Shown here: positions 36,357-44,280 of the stretch, in pieces | How positions within the stretch are numbered: position 1 is the stretch's first letter | Layout of the letters: each line of letters begins with the position of its first letter | DNA from: a virus | Taxonomy: Duplodnaviria > Caudoviricetes | Reading direction: 5' to 3' (one strand) | IMG/VR virus record: IMGVR_UViG_3300044711_000030 | Coordinates: 1-46,052 of that record | Length of the DNA stretch: 46,052 nt | Notes under the pieces: generated by a model | What the model was told of the DNA's origin: nothing | The model's database searches: none | The model's input: only the letters and a program-made list of their open reading frames with translations | Position numbers and translations under genes: made by a program

Positions 36357-36641
36357 ATGAAACTCTCACCAGAAATAGCCATGTACATCCGAGACGCGAT
36401 GAAATACGGCGGGGCTTTGCTCGTTGCGCTTGGCTACATCACCACCAAGGATGCGGACGCGGCCACGGCCATGAGCGAGCTTGCGATTCCGCTGGTTGAG
36501 GCTCTAGGCGGGCTGGCAATGGCGGCCATCGCAACCGTGTGGGCGCACCTTGCGAAGAAGCCTGCGAGTAACGAGGCGCAGGTTATCGCTGGCCGGGTGG
36601 CCGCAGATCCTGTTGCAGAGCCGATCGCGCCGAAAGAATGA
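36357..36641 (+). CDS. Putative holin
   Basis: Two TM segments, GGALLVALGYI...GGLAMAAIATVW..KK. Confidence 0.6.
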   Translation: MKLSPEIAMYIRDAMKYGGALLVALGYITTKDADAATAMSELAIPLVEALGGLAMAAIATVWAHLAKKPASNEAQVIAGRVAADPVAEPIAPKE

Positions 36642-36644
36642 GAC

Positions 36645-36920
36645 GTGAAGCAATTCGATGGCACAACGATCTTCGTCAATTCCGACCTTGTGCGAGCGAT
36701 CGCAGAGGAGGCTGGGCTGTACGGGTTCTTTGGCATCATCGTTTGCTGTCTATCAAAAGTCCCGATGAGCGGCGCTATTGCGGTACAGGAATTTAATGAA
36801 ATGGTGCGGCAATTGAAGGCTCGGGGAATCGTGCCGATAGATGGTCGCGTACGCTACATCGGGCCGAGCTTGGAATACTCCGGTGCGGCTGGGCTGGTTG
36901 TCAACTATACGGAAGGATAA
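36645..36920 (+). CDS. Hypothetical protein
   Basis: 91-aa ORF in the lysis-like region. Confidence 0.5.
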   Translation: MKQFDGTTIFVNSDLVRAIAEEAGLYGFFGIIVCCLSKVPMSGAIAVQEFNEMVRQLKARGIVPIDGRVRYIGPSLEYSGAAGLVVNYTEG

Positions 36921-37312
36921 TGAAAATGAAGAAGCTGTTATTCGTAGTTTTACTAGCTGGATGCGCCACGGTGGGCCTCGAGAAGCCCATGACGTTCCAG
37001 GAGAAGATCGCCTATACCGACGCCACGATTACGGGGGTCATTAAGACGATCGCGGACAAGACGTGCAAGAAGTATGCGGTGTCTGGTGCTTGCGAAGAGG
37101 AAGGCCGGCCTTTGCACCCTGCCGTGGCGAAGGGCTGGCACGAGCAGCTTTCCAAAGCTAGGGCCGCGGTGAAGGACACGAGCGTCATGGCGGTAAAAGG
37201 TGGTTCTTGCCTGGGTGAGCCGAGCACTCCGGAGGCCTGCCTGCGGCTCGCGGAAACCATGCTGATCGAAGTCGAACGCAGCTTAGAGAAAGCACAGAAA
37301 GGCGGTATGTGA
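36920..37312 (+). CDS. Lipoprotein
   Basis: MKKLLFVVLLAGC lipobox; four further Cys. Confidence 0.75.
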   Translation: MKMKKLLFVVLLAGCATVGLEKPMTFQEKIAYTDATITGVIKTIADKTCKKYAVSGACEEEGRPLHPAVAKGWHEQLSKARAAVKDTSVMAVKGGSCLGEPSTPEACLRLAETMLIEVERSLEKAQKGGM

Positions 37313-37548
37313 TGGGCCAACTACTTCAGGTGGTGCAATTTCTTGCCGCTGCGGCGGAGGCTGGAATGAACATGGTCATTCTCACGAAAGGGGTTTCGGA
37401 CCTAATTGTGCGGCGGCACGCCGAAGGAAAGACGCTCACCACGGACGACCTGAAGGGCCTGCTCGATTCCGACGACGAGATCGAGGCAGACGCCCTCAAG
37501 CAGTACAACGACACCTTGGCAGATCCGAACACGCCTAAGCTGACTTGA
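37309..37548 (+). CDS. Hypothetical protein
   Basis: Overlap-coupled to the lipoprotein gene. Confidence 0.6.
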   Translation: MMGQLLQVVQFLAAAAEAGMNMVILTKGVSDLIVRRHAEGKTLTTDDLKGLLDSDDEIEADALKQYNDTLADPNTPKLT

Positions 37549-37549
37549 T

Positions 37550-37801
37550 GTGGAGCGCAGAAGTAAGGATCATCCGCGCTGGTTCGCAACCGAGCGCGAG
37601 CCGATACAGCTAACCGCCGCTCAGAGCGCCCTCATGGAGTCGATCAGCCGTGGAAACATGCCTATCGAGGCGGCGGCGGAGCTTGGCATCAAGCCGGCGA
37701 CGGTCTATACCCAGCTCACCCTCATCAACGCCAAGCTCGGGACCAGGCACTGGTTCGGCTCGTATCTGAGATATGCGGGGAGGCGAGTGCCTGGTCGGTA
37801 G
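37550..37801 (+). CDS. LuxR-type HTH protein (no receiver domain)
   Basis: LTAAQ..LMESISRG...EAAAELGIKPATVYTQL..INAKLG. Confidence 0.7.
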   Translation: MERRSKDHPRWFATEREPIQLTAAQSALMESISRGNMPIEAAAELGIKPATVYTQLTLINAKLGTRHWFGSYLRYAGRRVPGR

Positions 37802-38043
37802 CCGACACTCAATGTCGGGAAGGCGACTTATACGAAGGTGTAGCTTTTCACAATTCCAGCGCTGCCCCTATGACAGCGGAGGCGATTTCGGCCTTAGAAT
37901 TGTGAAAAATAAAACTCGCTAACCTTTGATTATAAAGGCGTACTAAGGCTTTCTCGACGTAACCAATTGGTTCTCGCTCCACGTGGAACAATCTGATTTA
38001 TATAGGTCGTTCCGCAATTCGCGAAAATCGTTTCACAATTCTA
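37802..38043. other. Putative attP region with arm-type repeats
   Basis: AT-rich intergenic region at the integrase 3' end; TTTCACAATTC at 37846 (+), 37897 (-) and 38031 (+); palindrome aaccaattggtt at 37961-37972. Confidence 0.7.
37975..37990. promoter_or_regulatory. parS-like site
   Basis: cgctccacgtggaaca is 14/16 to TGTTCCACGTGGAACA, with a perfect right half. Confidence 0.45.
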
Positions 38044-39135
38044 TCGAAGGTGCGGCTTTCTCTTGGTCCGTCGGTGGTAGTGCTTGTTTGCTATGGCCTG
38101 GGTATCCCCGATGAAATCGGCGCCGTCCATGTTGGCGTCGATCGCGTCATCGTGGGCCTTGGACCGCAGGTCGTGGAAGTGCAGGTTTTCGATCTTCAGC
38201 GGGATCTCACACTCGGCCAGGGCGGCGTTCGTGTCCTGCTTAAGCTGCTGCCACCACTTATCGAAGGTGTCATACGTAATCGGCTTGCCGCTTGGGCTGG
38301 GGAATACCGGCGAGGCTGGAAAGCGGCTGGCTCCCGGGAGCTGCTCGGCCTCCGCCACGATGCGCCGGCTCTCCGGCGTCCACTCCCTGACCTCACGCTT
38401 GCCGCCTTTCCCGCGGACCCTGATCCCGGCCGCCGTAAGCCGTACGCGCTGGAGCTCGAGGATCGAGCTGATGCGCAAGGCGCTGATCCCCTCGTAGTCG
38501 ACCAGCAAGGCCATCAGGGGGCTCGCCATCGTGCGCAGGCATTCGACCTCCCACTCTTCCGGCTCCCGCTCCCGCGCCTTGCTGGCGTTCTTGACGACGG
38601 CCTGGCATGGGTTATACGTGGTCTTGCCTTCCCGGATGCCGTGGTCGAAGGCGTTCGATAGGACGGCCAGATAGCGATTGCCCATCGCCTTGGGACAGCC
38701 GGCGACGAAGCGCTGAATCTCGGCCGTGCCTAGCGCCTGGCCGCGGGATGCCTCGTTGACGGTCTTTCCATACTTCGCCCGGCCGAACTTAGCTCTCAGT
38801 ACTGGCAAGGCATTGGTGTAAGCCTCGATGGTTCCAGGGGCGCGCGGCTCCCCGTTGGGCTTCGTCTTCAGCCCGTCCAGTTCCCAAACCTTCAGGAGCT
38901 CGGCGATCGTGCCGGCGGCATCTTTGATGTCCCGGAAGCCGGAGACTTGAGCCCAGCGCTCGCGGGCGGGCTTCGTGTTGGCGTCCCCGAGGGTGACGGA
39001 CCCCTGCAAGCCCTTCGCCTTGCGCTCGAGGCGCTCACGCAAGGAAGGCGGTTGCCAATACCAGCGCCCGCCGATCTCTCTGACGCCGGCCGGTAGGTGC
39101 AGATTCTTCGTCCGCTTCCTGCCCACGGCGAGCAT
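38041..39135 (-). CDS. int: Tyrosine recombinase / integrase
   Basis: LPAGVR..GRWYW arm domain; ALRISSIL (R), RGKGG (K), HFHDLRSKA (HxxR), KHY (Y). Confidence 0.9.
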   Translation of the reverse strand: MLAVGRKRTKNLHLPAGVREIGGRWYWQPPSLRERLERKAKGLQGSVTLGDANTKPARERWAQVSGFRDIKDAAGTIAELLKVWELDGLKTKPNGEPRAPGTIEAYTNALPVLRAKFGRAKYGKTVNEASRGQALGTAEIQRFVAGCPKAMGNRYLAVLSNAFDHGIREGKTTYNPCQAVVKNASKAREREPEEWEVECLRTMASPLMALLVDYEGISALRISSILELQRVRLTAAGIRVRGKGGKREVREWTPESRRIVAEAEQLPGASRFPASPVFPSPSGKPITYDTFDKWWQQLKQDTNAALAECEIPLKIENLHFHDLRSKAHDDAIDANMDGADFIGDTQAIANKHYHRRTKRKPHLR

Positions 39136-39136
39136 A

Positions 39137-39325
39137 TTACACGGCCTCTCGAATCCGATCGGCGAGGGCTATGCCGTCCTCAACGATCCGCTCGTAGCGC
39201 TTGAGGGCGTCCTTAAGGATCTCGGCAGTGACGAAGCGGTGCCCGCAGCGAGTACATTCCCGGCGCCGCTCCGTGGCTTGCGTCTGGAGCACGCGGGTAG
39301 GCTGCGAGCAAACTGGGCAGATCAC
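39137..39325 (-). CDS. NrdR-like zinc-ribbon protein
   Basis: MICPVC...TRVLQT...RRRECTRCGHRFVTAE. Confidence 0.8.
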   Translation of the reverse strand: MICPVCSQPTRVLQTQATERRRECTRCGHRFVTAEILKDALKRYERIVEDGIALADRIREAV

Positions 39326-39350
39326 GCAACTTCCTTTGAGATAAAGGCGC

Positions 39351-39563
39351 TCACTTAGCCTCTAGCATTTTCCCTGGCTCAATCGACGCTATCTTGCTAA
39401 TCACAATGTCGTCGGCTATATGCAGTTGCACTGCCTTAAGACGTTTGCCGGCCACGTTAGCGAGCGAATCGCCATCGGCGCGCTCCACAAGCTTCTTAAC
39501 CATCCTCTGGTACAGGGCCTTCATGTCTGATTCGACTTCGGTAAGAATGTCTTTACGGTTCAT
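39351..39563 (-). CDS. Hypothetical protein
   Basis: AAGGAG RBS; overlap-coupled. Confidence 0.6.
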   Translation of the reverse strand: MNRKDILTEVESDMKALYQRMVKKLVERADGDSLANVAGKRLKAVQLHIADDIVISKIASIEPGKMLEAK

Positions 39564-39880
39564 CGCTTCATCTCCTTAAGTAGTTTTTTAACTCTCAGCT
39601 CCTCACACTTCGCCCGCAAGAGCGGCCCGAAAATATCTCCGACCCTCTTGCGAACAATTCCTATATTTGCCAGCCGCTGACGCGCGTCGTCCTTGAGATG
39701 TCTCTCGGCTTGTCTCGGCTCGCTCAGGCTGTCGTGCATCCGGCGTCGTAACTCTCGCAGCCTAAATAAACAATTCCCGTAGTAGTGGAACTCACATAGG
39801 CCCTTTAGGAACACCGCTCGGTCACATCCCCGTCTTGCCCCTTCGTAGCGAATACACTTCTTCGTCGCTTTATCGCTCAT
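39560..39880 (-). CDS. Hypothetical protein with Cys/His motif
   Basis: C....GC.R...KGLCEFHY. Confidence 0.6.
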   Translation of the reverse strand: MSDKATKKCIRYEGARRGCDRAVFLKGLCEFHYYGNCLFRLRELRRRMHDSLSEPRQAERHLKDDARQRLANIGIVRKRVGDIFGPLLRAKCEELRVKKLLKEMKR

Positions 39881-40077
39881 GAAGGCGTCTTTAGCTCGCG
39901 GATTCTGTCTGGGAGGTGAATGGAATCGCCATACACGTCTGCCAATTGCTCGGCTTCATCCAGCGCCGCATTCCAAGCCAGCTCGCAAAAGCCGCGCGAT
40001 ATGTGCTCTGGAAAAGGGCCGTTCTTTTTCCACCATTCGTCGAAAGTCATTTTCCCTCCGTCTTATCAGGGTGGGAC

Positions 40078-40278
40078 TCATTTGCGCTTTCTCTTACGAG
40101 CTTCCTTGAGTTTGGCGACGGCGAACTCCAAGCGCGCGAAGGCTTTCTCGTTGATGAAGAACGTCCTGGCGATTTTCTCCGTGGCAATCGTGTAGGCATA
40201 GCCCTGCTTATTGATGCAGCCAACAGCCGCACGCAGGACAGCCCGCTCGGCTTTATTCAGGGTGGGAGAGCGAGTCAC
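40078..40278 (-). CDS. Hypothetical protein
   Basis: GTGA-coupled start VTRSPTLNKAERAVLRAAV. Confidence 0.5.
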   Translation of the reverse strand: MTRSPTLNKAERAVLRAAVGCINKQGYAYTIATEKIARTFFINEKAFARLEFAVAKLKEARKRKRK

Positions 40279-40466
40279 GGCCTTTCGCCCTTCAGTACCT
40301 TCTGGATGGCATAAGCGCACTCATCGAAGGCTAGCCAATACCCGCGCGCGCGTTCTTTCTGGAACGGCCCTAATGTTTCGCGCTCAAGTCGTCGCTCTAT
40401 CTGCGCGCGTTTCTTCCACTTACGCACCAGCTTTTCCAAAGCGGCTTTATCCAGAGTGTGAGCCAT
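40275..40466 (-). CDS. Hypothetical protein
   Basis: LEKLVRKWKKRA...AFDECA. Confidence 0.55.
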   Translation of the reverse strand: MAHTLDKAALEKLVRKWKKRAQIERRLERETLGPFQKERARGYWLAFDECAYAIQKVLKGERP

Positions 40467-40738
40467 CAGATGAACGGCCATGCAAGACCGACTCCAGCTA
40501 ACTTTGAATCACGCTCTTGCGTGAGCCTCTTTTCAAGATCACGGCCAGCATTGAATGCCTCGCGTAGCGCGTAGCCTATTTCTTGATCGTGGTAGGAGCT
40601 AAGCTGTTGCCCCCTGAATGCCTCCTTCAGGTCGCGAGCGATTGACCATAGACGGATCTCCTCTGCGTGCTCCTCGTGGTTTCGGCGGACCTTTCGCGGC
40701 TCCTGCGAAGTTTCTTGGTTTGGCCATGAAAACATCAT
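40466..40738 (-). CDS. Hypothetical protein
   Basis: GAGGAG RBS; ALREAFNAGR motif. Confidence 0.55.
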   Translation of the reverse strand: MMFSWPNQETSQEPRKVRRNHEEHAEEIRLWSIARDLKEAFRGQQLSSYHDQEIGYALREAFNAGRDLEKRLTQERDSKLAGVGLAWPFI

Positions 40739-40992
40739 TTCTCCTCGGGGCTTTGTGCGGCGAACGGCGACGACGCTACCGCCGAGCCGTCAAGCATGAA
40801 ACTGTGCGCCCAATCCTGGGTGTAGTCGCAGGACTGGCAAATCCATCCTCGCACCGTTGGCACGAGCGCGCCCTTGTCCACGCCGTTATCGAAGTGCTTT
40901 CCGTCGTTTCGATTGACGCATGTGAATGGGTGCATTACGCCCGCGCGTTGGTACTCGTCCAGATTCTTGACCTGCTCCGGAGTGAAGATCAT
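40735..40992 (-). CDS. Hypothetical zinc-binding protein
   Basis: FTPEQVKNL..YQ...HPFTC...GWICQSCDYTQDWAH. Confidence 0.7.
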   Translation of the reverse strand: MIFTPEQVKNLDEYQRAGVMHPFTCVNRNDGKHFDNGVDKGALVPTVRGWICQSCDYTQDWAHSFMLDGSAVASSPFAAQSPEEK

Positions 40993-41879
40993 TCCTCGCT
41001 CCTTTTCTGAGGTTGGGACGACGGGAACTCCTGCACGCGAAGATCCTCGGGCCACTCGGTAGGATCAGCGCCAGCGCGGTCCTTCAAGATCGCGCGGAAG
41101 TAGCCCTTGCCGGTGTCGTCCAGCTTGGCGGTCCACACAGGTCCGCAACCGCTTGTCTCGATGTTGGACCCGAGCTGCTTCACGAACGGGGCCGCGCCGA
41201 TCTGCCGGCATTGCTTGATGGTGCGGCGCGCAGTGTCAGGGTCGAACGGCGGCGCCGGCTTGCGCTGACGGCTCGCACCTCCGACGATGATCCAGTCGAT
41301 ACCGGGAAAGCGGCTCCAGTCCACCGGCCCCAGGGCGGGCTCGTAGCTCACGAAGCGCACGGCTGCGGGAGTCGCCAGCAGCTTCGGCACGTCCCGGTCG
41401 GCCTCCATCTGGTTGACGATGGTAGCGCCAAGCCAGACGTTCGGCCATGTGCCCTCCGAATACTGGCTCGGGAACGCGGGGATCATTTTCGCGGCGAGGC
41501 CGATGCGCTTCGTCAGCAGCAGCCACGTCAAGGCTGGCGTGTCCTCGATCAGGTTGAAAAGATCGCGCCGCCACTGCTCCGGTACTTCGTTGTCGAACAC
41601 GTCGGCCAGGGACGCGCAGAACACGCGCCAGGGCTTGCCGGAAGCTGCCGCGTTGCGATTCCACGTCAACGGTTCGCGCCAGTACGTCGCGCTCGTGCGC
41701 ATCCGCGGCACGCCAGCGCCCCAATGGGTAGCGCCACTCCAGCGGAACCGATTATCCATTGCCTCCGCATAGCAGTCGTCGCAGCCGCCACCGCCACTCT
41801 CAGCGACGCTCACCTTCGTGCATCCGATCCACGGATTGAAGGTGCTGTCGGTCCAGGCGATGCCGGTGGTTTCAGCCAC
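40989..41879 (-). CDS. Phage Gp37/Gp68 (DUF5131) family protein
   Basis: IAWTDSTFNPWIGCTKVS..GCDDCYA, RVFCASLADVFD, LLLTKR, FVSYEP, WIIVGG, FVKQLG. Confidence 0.92.
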   Translation of the reverse strand: MAETTGIAWTDSTFNPWIGCTKVSVAESGGGGCDDCYAEAMDNRFRWSGATHWGAGVPRMRTSATYWREPLTWNRNAAASGKPWRVFCASLADVFDNEVPEQWRRDLFNLIEDTPALTWLLLTKRIGLAAKMIPAFPSQYSEGTWPNVWLGATIVNQMEADRDVPKLLATPAAVRFVSYEPALGPVDWSRFPGIDWIIVGGASRQRKPAPPFDPDTARRTIKQCRQIGAAPFVKQLGSNIETSGCGPVWTAKLDDTGKGYFRAILKDRAGADPTEWPEDLRVQEFPSSQPQKRSEE

Positions 41880-42081
41880 GGTCGTTATCTCCATGGGACG
41901 GAACCACTTTCAGCAGAGCATCGAAGCGCCGTTTCCAATCCTCAACGGCGACCTCTAACTGCCCGGCACGGGTGCGCCACGCATTGCGATCGGAAACCAC
42001 ATTCTGAAGTTCGCGCCGCGCATCGTTGAGCAGGCGCTTGGCGGTTTTCAGTTCGGTCGCTGTGGACGGCGGGCGGCTCAT
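41872..42081 (-). CDS. Coiled-coil hypothetical protein
   Basis: 69-aa overlap-coupled ORF. Confidence 0.6.
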   Translation of the reverse strand: MSRPPSTATELKTAKRLLNDARRELQNVVSDRNAWRTRAGQLEVAVEDWKRRFDALLKVVPSHGDNDRG

Positions 42082-42758
42082 GGTTTCCTCTCGGGGTTTG
42101 GTATGTCGTGGGGCCGCTTAAATTCGATCACCCATACCCAAGGGTTCACGTCCCAGCCGTAGCCGCGGGCTTTGTTCAGCGAGTCCCAAAGCTGCCGGTA
42201 ATCGTCGCGACGGCTCCACGTTGCCTGCCGTGGCACGTCAGCCATTGTCACGGCATCCACCCCTTCCGCTACGGCGTCGGCCTCGCTGATCGCTTGCAGG
42301 CGCTCAGCGCGCACGCTGGCGACCTCCAGAAGCAGGCGGCACGCCCATCGCGGCATGAAGATGGACGGCCTCCATTCGGCTTGCAGATATTCGATGGCAT
42401 CGAGCAATTCGGCGCGGTACTTCACGGCTCGCTGCTCCTGCTGGTACTCGTACTCTCGCCCGCCGAAGACGCGCCATGTCTCGCGCACCCACAGCCGATC
42501 GCCTGGCTGACCGTAGGGAAGTTGCTCGGGAAGCAGGTATTCGTACCATTCCCGAGAAGCGGTGCAAACGCTTGTGCAGCACCCCTTGGCGGCTTTGGTC
42601 TTCGGGATGGGCCAAGTCCATCTTCCGCTAGATTCGATGAATGCAGGCTGCGGCTTCACGACGCGCCGAGTCTGTGACTTCGTGCCGGCCAGGATGGCGC
42701 GCACCATCGGCCCGCTGAACAGGATCGGGCGCTCTTTCGGCATGGTGTCTCGGTTCAT
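42078..42758 (-). CDS. ASCH/PUA-like phage protein
   Basis: KERPILFSGPMVRAILAGTKSQTRR, PGDRLWVRETW, WRPSIFMPRWA, NPWVWVIEF. Confidence 0.88.
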   Translation of the reverse strand: MNRDTMPKERPILFSGPMVRAILAGTKSQTRRVVKPQPAFIESSGRWTWPIPKTKAAKGCCTSVCTASREWYEYLLPEQLPYGQPGDRLWVRETWRVFGGREYEYQQEQRAVKYRAELLDAIEYLQAEWRPSIFMPRWACRLLLEVASVRAERLQAISEADAVAEGVDAVTMADVPRQATWSRRDDYRQLWDSLNKARGYGWDVNPWVWVIEFKRPHDIPNPERKP

Positions 42759-42792
42759 TCGGCGGGCCTTTTTGATATGAACAGCGACGGCG

Positions 42793-43071
42793 TTACGCCT
42801 TGGCGGCGGCTTCGAGCGCTTCCGTCTTTGCCGCTTGCCCCTTCTGGTACGGCATCCAGCAGCAATAGCTGGAAGCGGGCACGCCGGGCTCATCTTGCAC
42901 CAGCGGCACGCTGGTTTCCGAGCGCGGGTTGCCGTTCTCGTCGATGACCATGAGGTTGACCATCGAATCGCTGTGGACGTGCGCGACGTGCCCGGCGAGC
43001 GGCCCCTTGTGGCCTTGTCCGGGGATGTACTTGAAATACCAAACTACGCGACCTACGGTGGGCTTGATCAT
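42793..43071 (-). CDS. Conserved phage hypothetical protein
   Basis: MIKPTVGRVVWY...VNLMVID.NG...WMPYQKGQA. Confidence 0.85.
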   Translation of the reverse strand: MIKPTVGRVVWYFKYIPGQGHKGPLAGHVAHVHSDSMVNLMVIDENGNPRSETSVPLVQDEPGVPASSYCCWMPYQKGQAAKTEALEAAAKA

Positions 43072-43385
43072 GACGGTTTTCCTTGTGGTTGGTAGGGTAA
43101 ATCGCTGTCGCCTTCCTTCGGCTTGAACTGGAAGCCGCGGGATAGGAACTTGAGTGCATCGCCCGGCTTGCCGGAGCGGATCAGCAGCACAGCCTCGGCG
43201 ATGTCTTCCGGGGCCGGCGTGGAAACGATCACGTCGCGCAGCTTCAGACGCGAGTACGGATTAGGCATCTTCCAGATGTTGAGCTGCGCCGGGTCGTTGG
43301 CCTTCATACGCTCAACGTTCTCGGCCTCGAGGATGACGAAAACGCTGTACTCGCCGCGGCCGACTTCGAACGGGATCATCATCAT
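43068..43385 (-). CDS. Hypothetical protein
   Basis: Start MMMIPFE coupled to the upstream stop. Confidence 0.6.
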   Translation of the reverse strand: MMMIPFEVGRGEYSVFVILEAENVERMKANDPAQLNIWKMPNPYSRLKLRDVIVSTPAPEDIAEAVLLIRSGKPGDALKFLSRGFQFKPKEGDSDLPYQPQGKPS

Positions 43386-43681
43386 TGCGCCTGGCCTTTT
43401 GTGGAAGTAAAGGCGCGCTCCGGCTTGAACAGGCAGCGCGCGTAGCGGCGGCAATACTCGGCGTCCGTGCAGGATGAACAGCCTTGCGCTGGCTTCTCGC
43501 ACATCTCTAATGGAGCAGCACCAGCAGGCGGCTCCGGCGATTGGGTAGCGCTACTTCCCCTCGTCCCAGCCTTTTCCTGCGGTGCTGCATTGATCGTTAG
43601 GCGCTCCGTCCACCACGCCCAGAAAAAAAGGCACGACATGAGAAACGCGCCAAGCCATACGCCGATGACAAACTCGATCAT
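43382..43681 (-). CDS. Membrane-anchored hypothetical protein (NAAPQ hairpin element, Cys motif)
   Basis: N-terminal TM; NAAPQ...PAGAAP; CxxC-x5-C-x5-C. Confidence 0.6.
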   Translation of the reverse strand: MIEFVIGVWLGAFLMSCLFFWAWWTERLTINAAPQEKAGTRGSSATQSPEPPAGAAPLEMCEKPAQGCSSCTDAEYCRRYARCLFKPERAFTSTKGQAQ

Positions 43682-43869
43682 GCCGCACCTTTGCTATTAA
43701 AGCCGTGATCGCCCTCGTCCCAGATGTAATCGAGGTGACAGCGAGAGCATAGGCCACCAAGCGCGGTGCAGCCGAGCATCACCGTGCAACCGCATTTGCA
43801 AGCGCATTGGGCAGGAGCGCAATCATGGCTCGCGTGGTACTCCTGCAACGACTTAACGATGCTCTTCAC
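43678..43869 (-). CDS. Cys-rich small protein
   Basis: CACKCGC...CSRC. Confidence 0.5.
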   Translation of the reverse strand: MKSIVKSLQEYHASHDCAPAQCACKCGCTVMLGCTALGGLCSRCHLDYIWDEGDHGFNSKGAA

Positions 43870-44073
43870 GCCGCGCCTTTACTATCTACACGATTGTTCA
43901 CGGCGCGTACCCGTAAAAGAATTTCCAGACTCGGGCGTGCAGGTCAGCGCGCTCCCACATCTCGATCAGCCTGTACGTCGCCGGGTCGATCACCGTCCGC
44001 TCGTATTCCTTGATGAAAGCCACCACGCGAGCATCGGCAGCAAGAGCCATGATCTTGATGGCGTCGGCTGTCC

Positions 44074-44280
44074 TCATGGCGTCGCCGTACCCTTTACACT
44101 GGCCCGACGGCGACGAGGGTGCTCGCCGCGTTCGGTCGCTAGCCAACGCAGGGAATCCAGACGCGCCACGCACCATTTTTTCGCGTGCGGCGCGTGGTCC
44201 TCGAAGGCGATCTCGCACTGAGCCATGAATTGCTCCATGAGGTCGGCGGCGTCGTCCCACTCTTCCGGTGTTAGTTTCAC
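44074..44280 (-). CDS. Hypothetical protein
   Basis: 68-aa overlap-coupled ORF. Confidence 0.5.
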   Translation of the reverse strand: MKLTPEEWDDAADLMEQFMAQCEIAFEDHAPHAKKWCVARLDSLRWLATERGEHPRRRRASVKGTATP

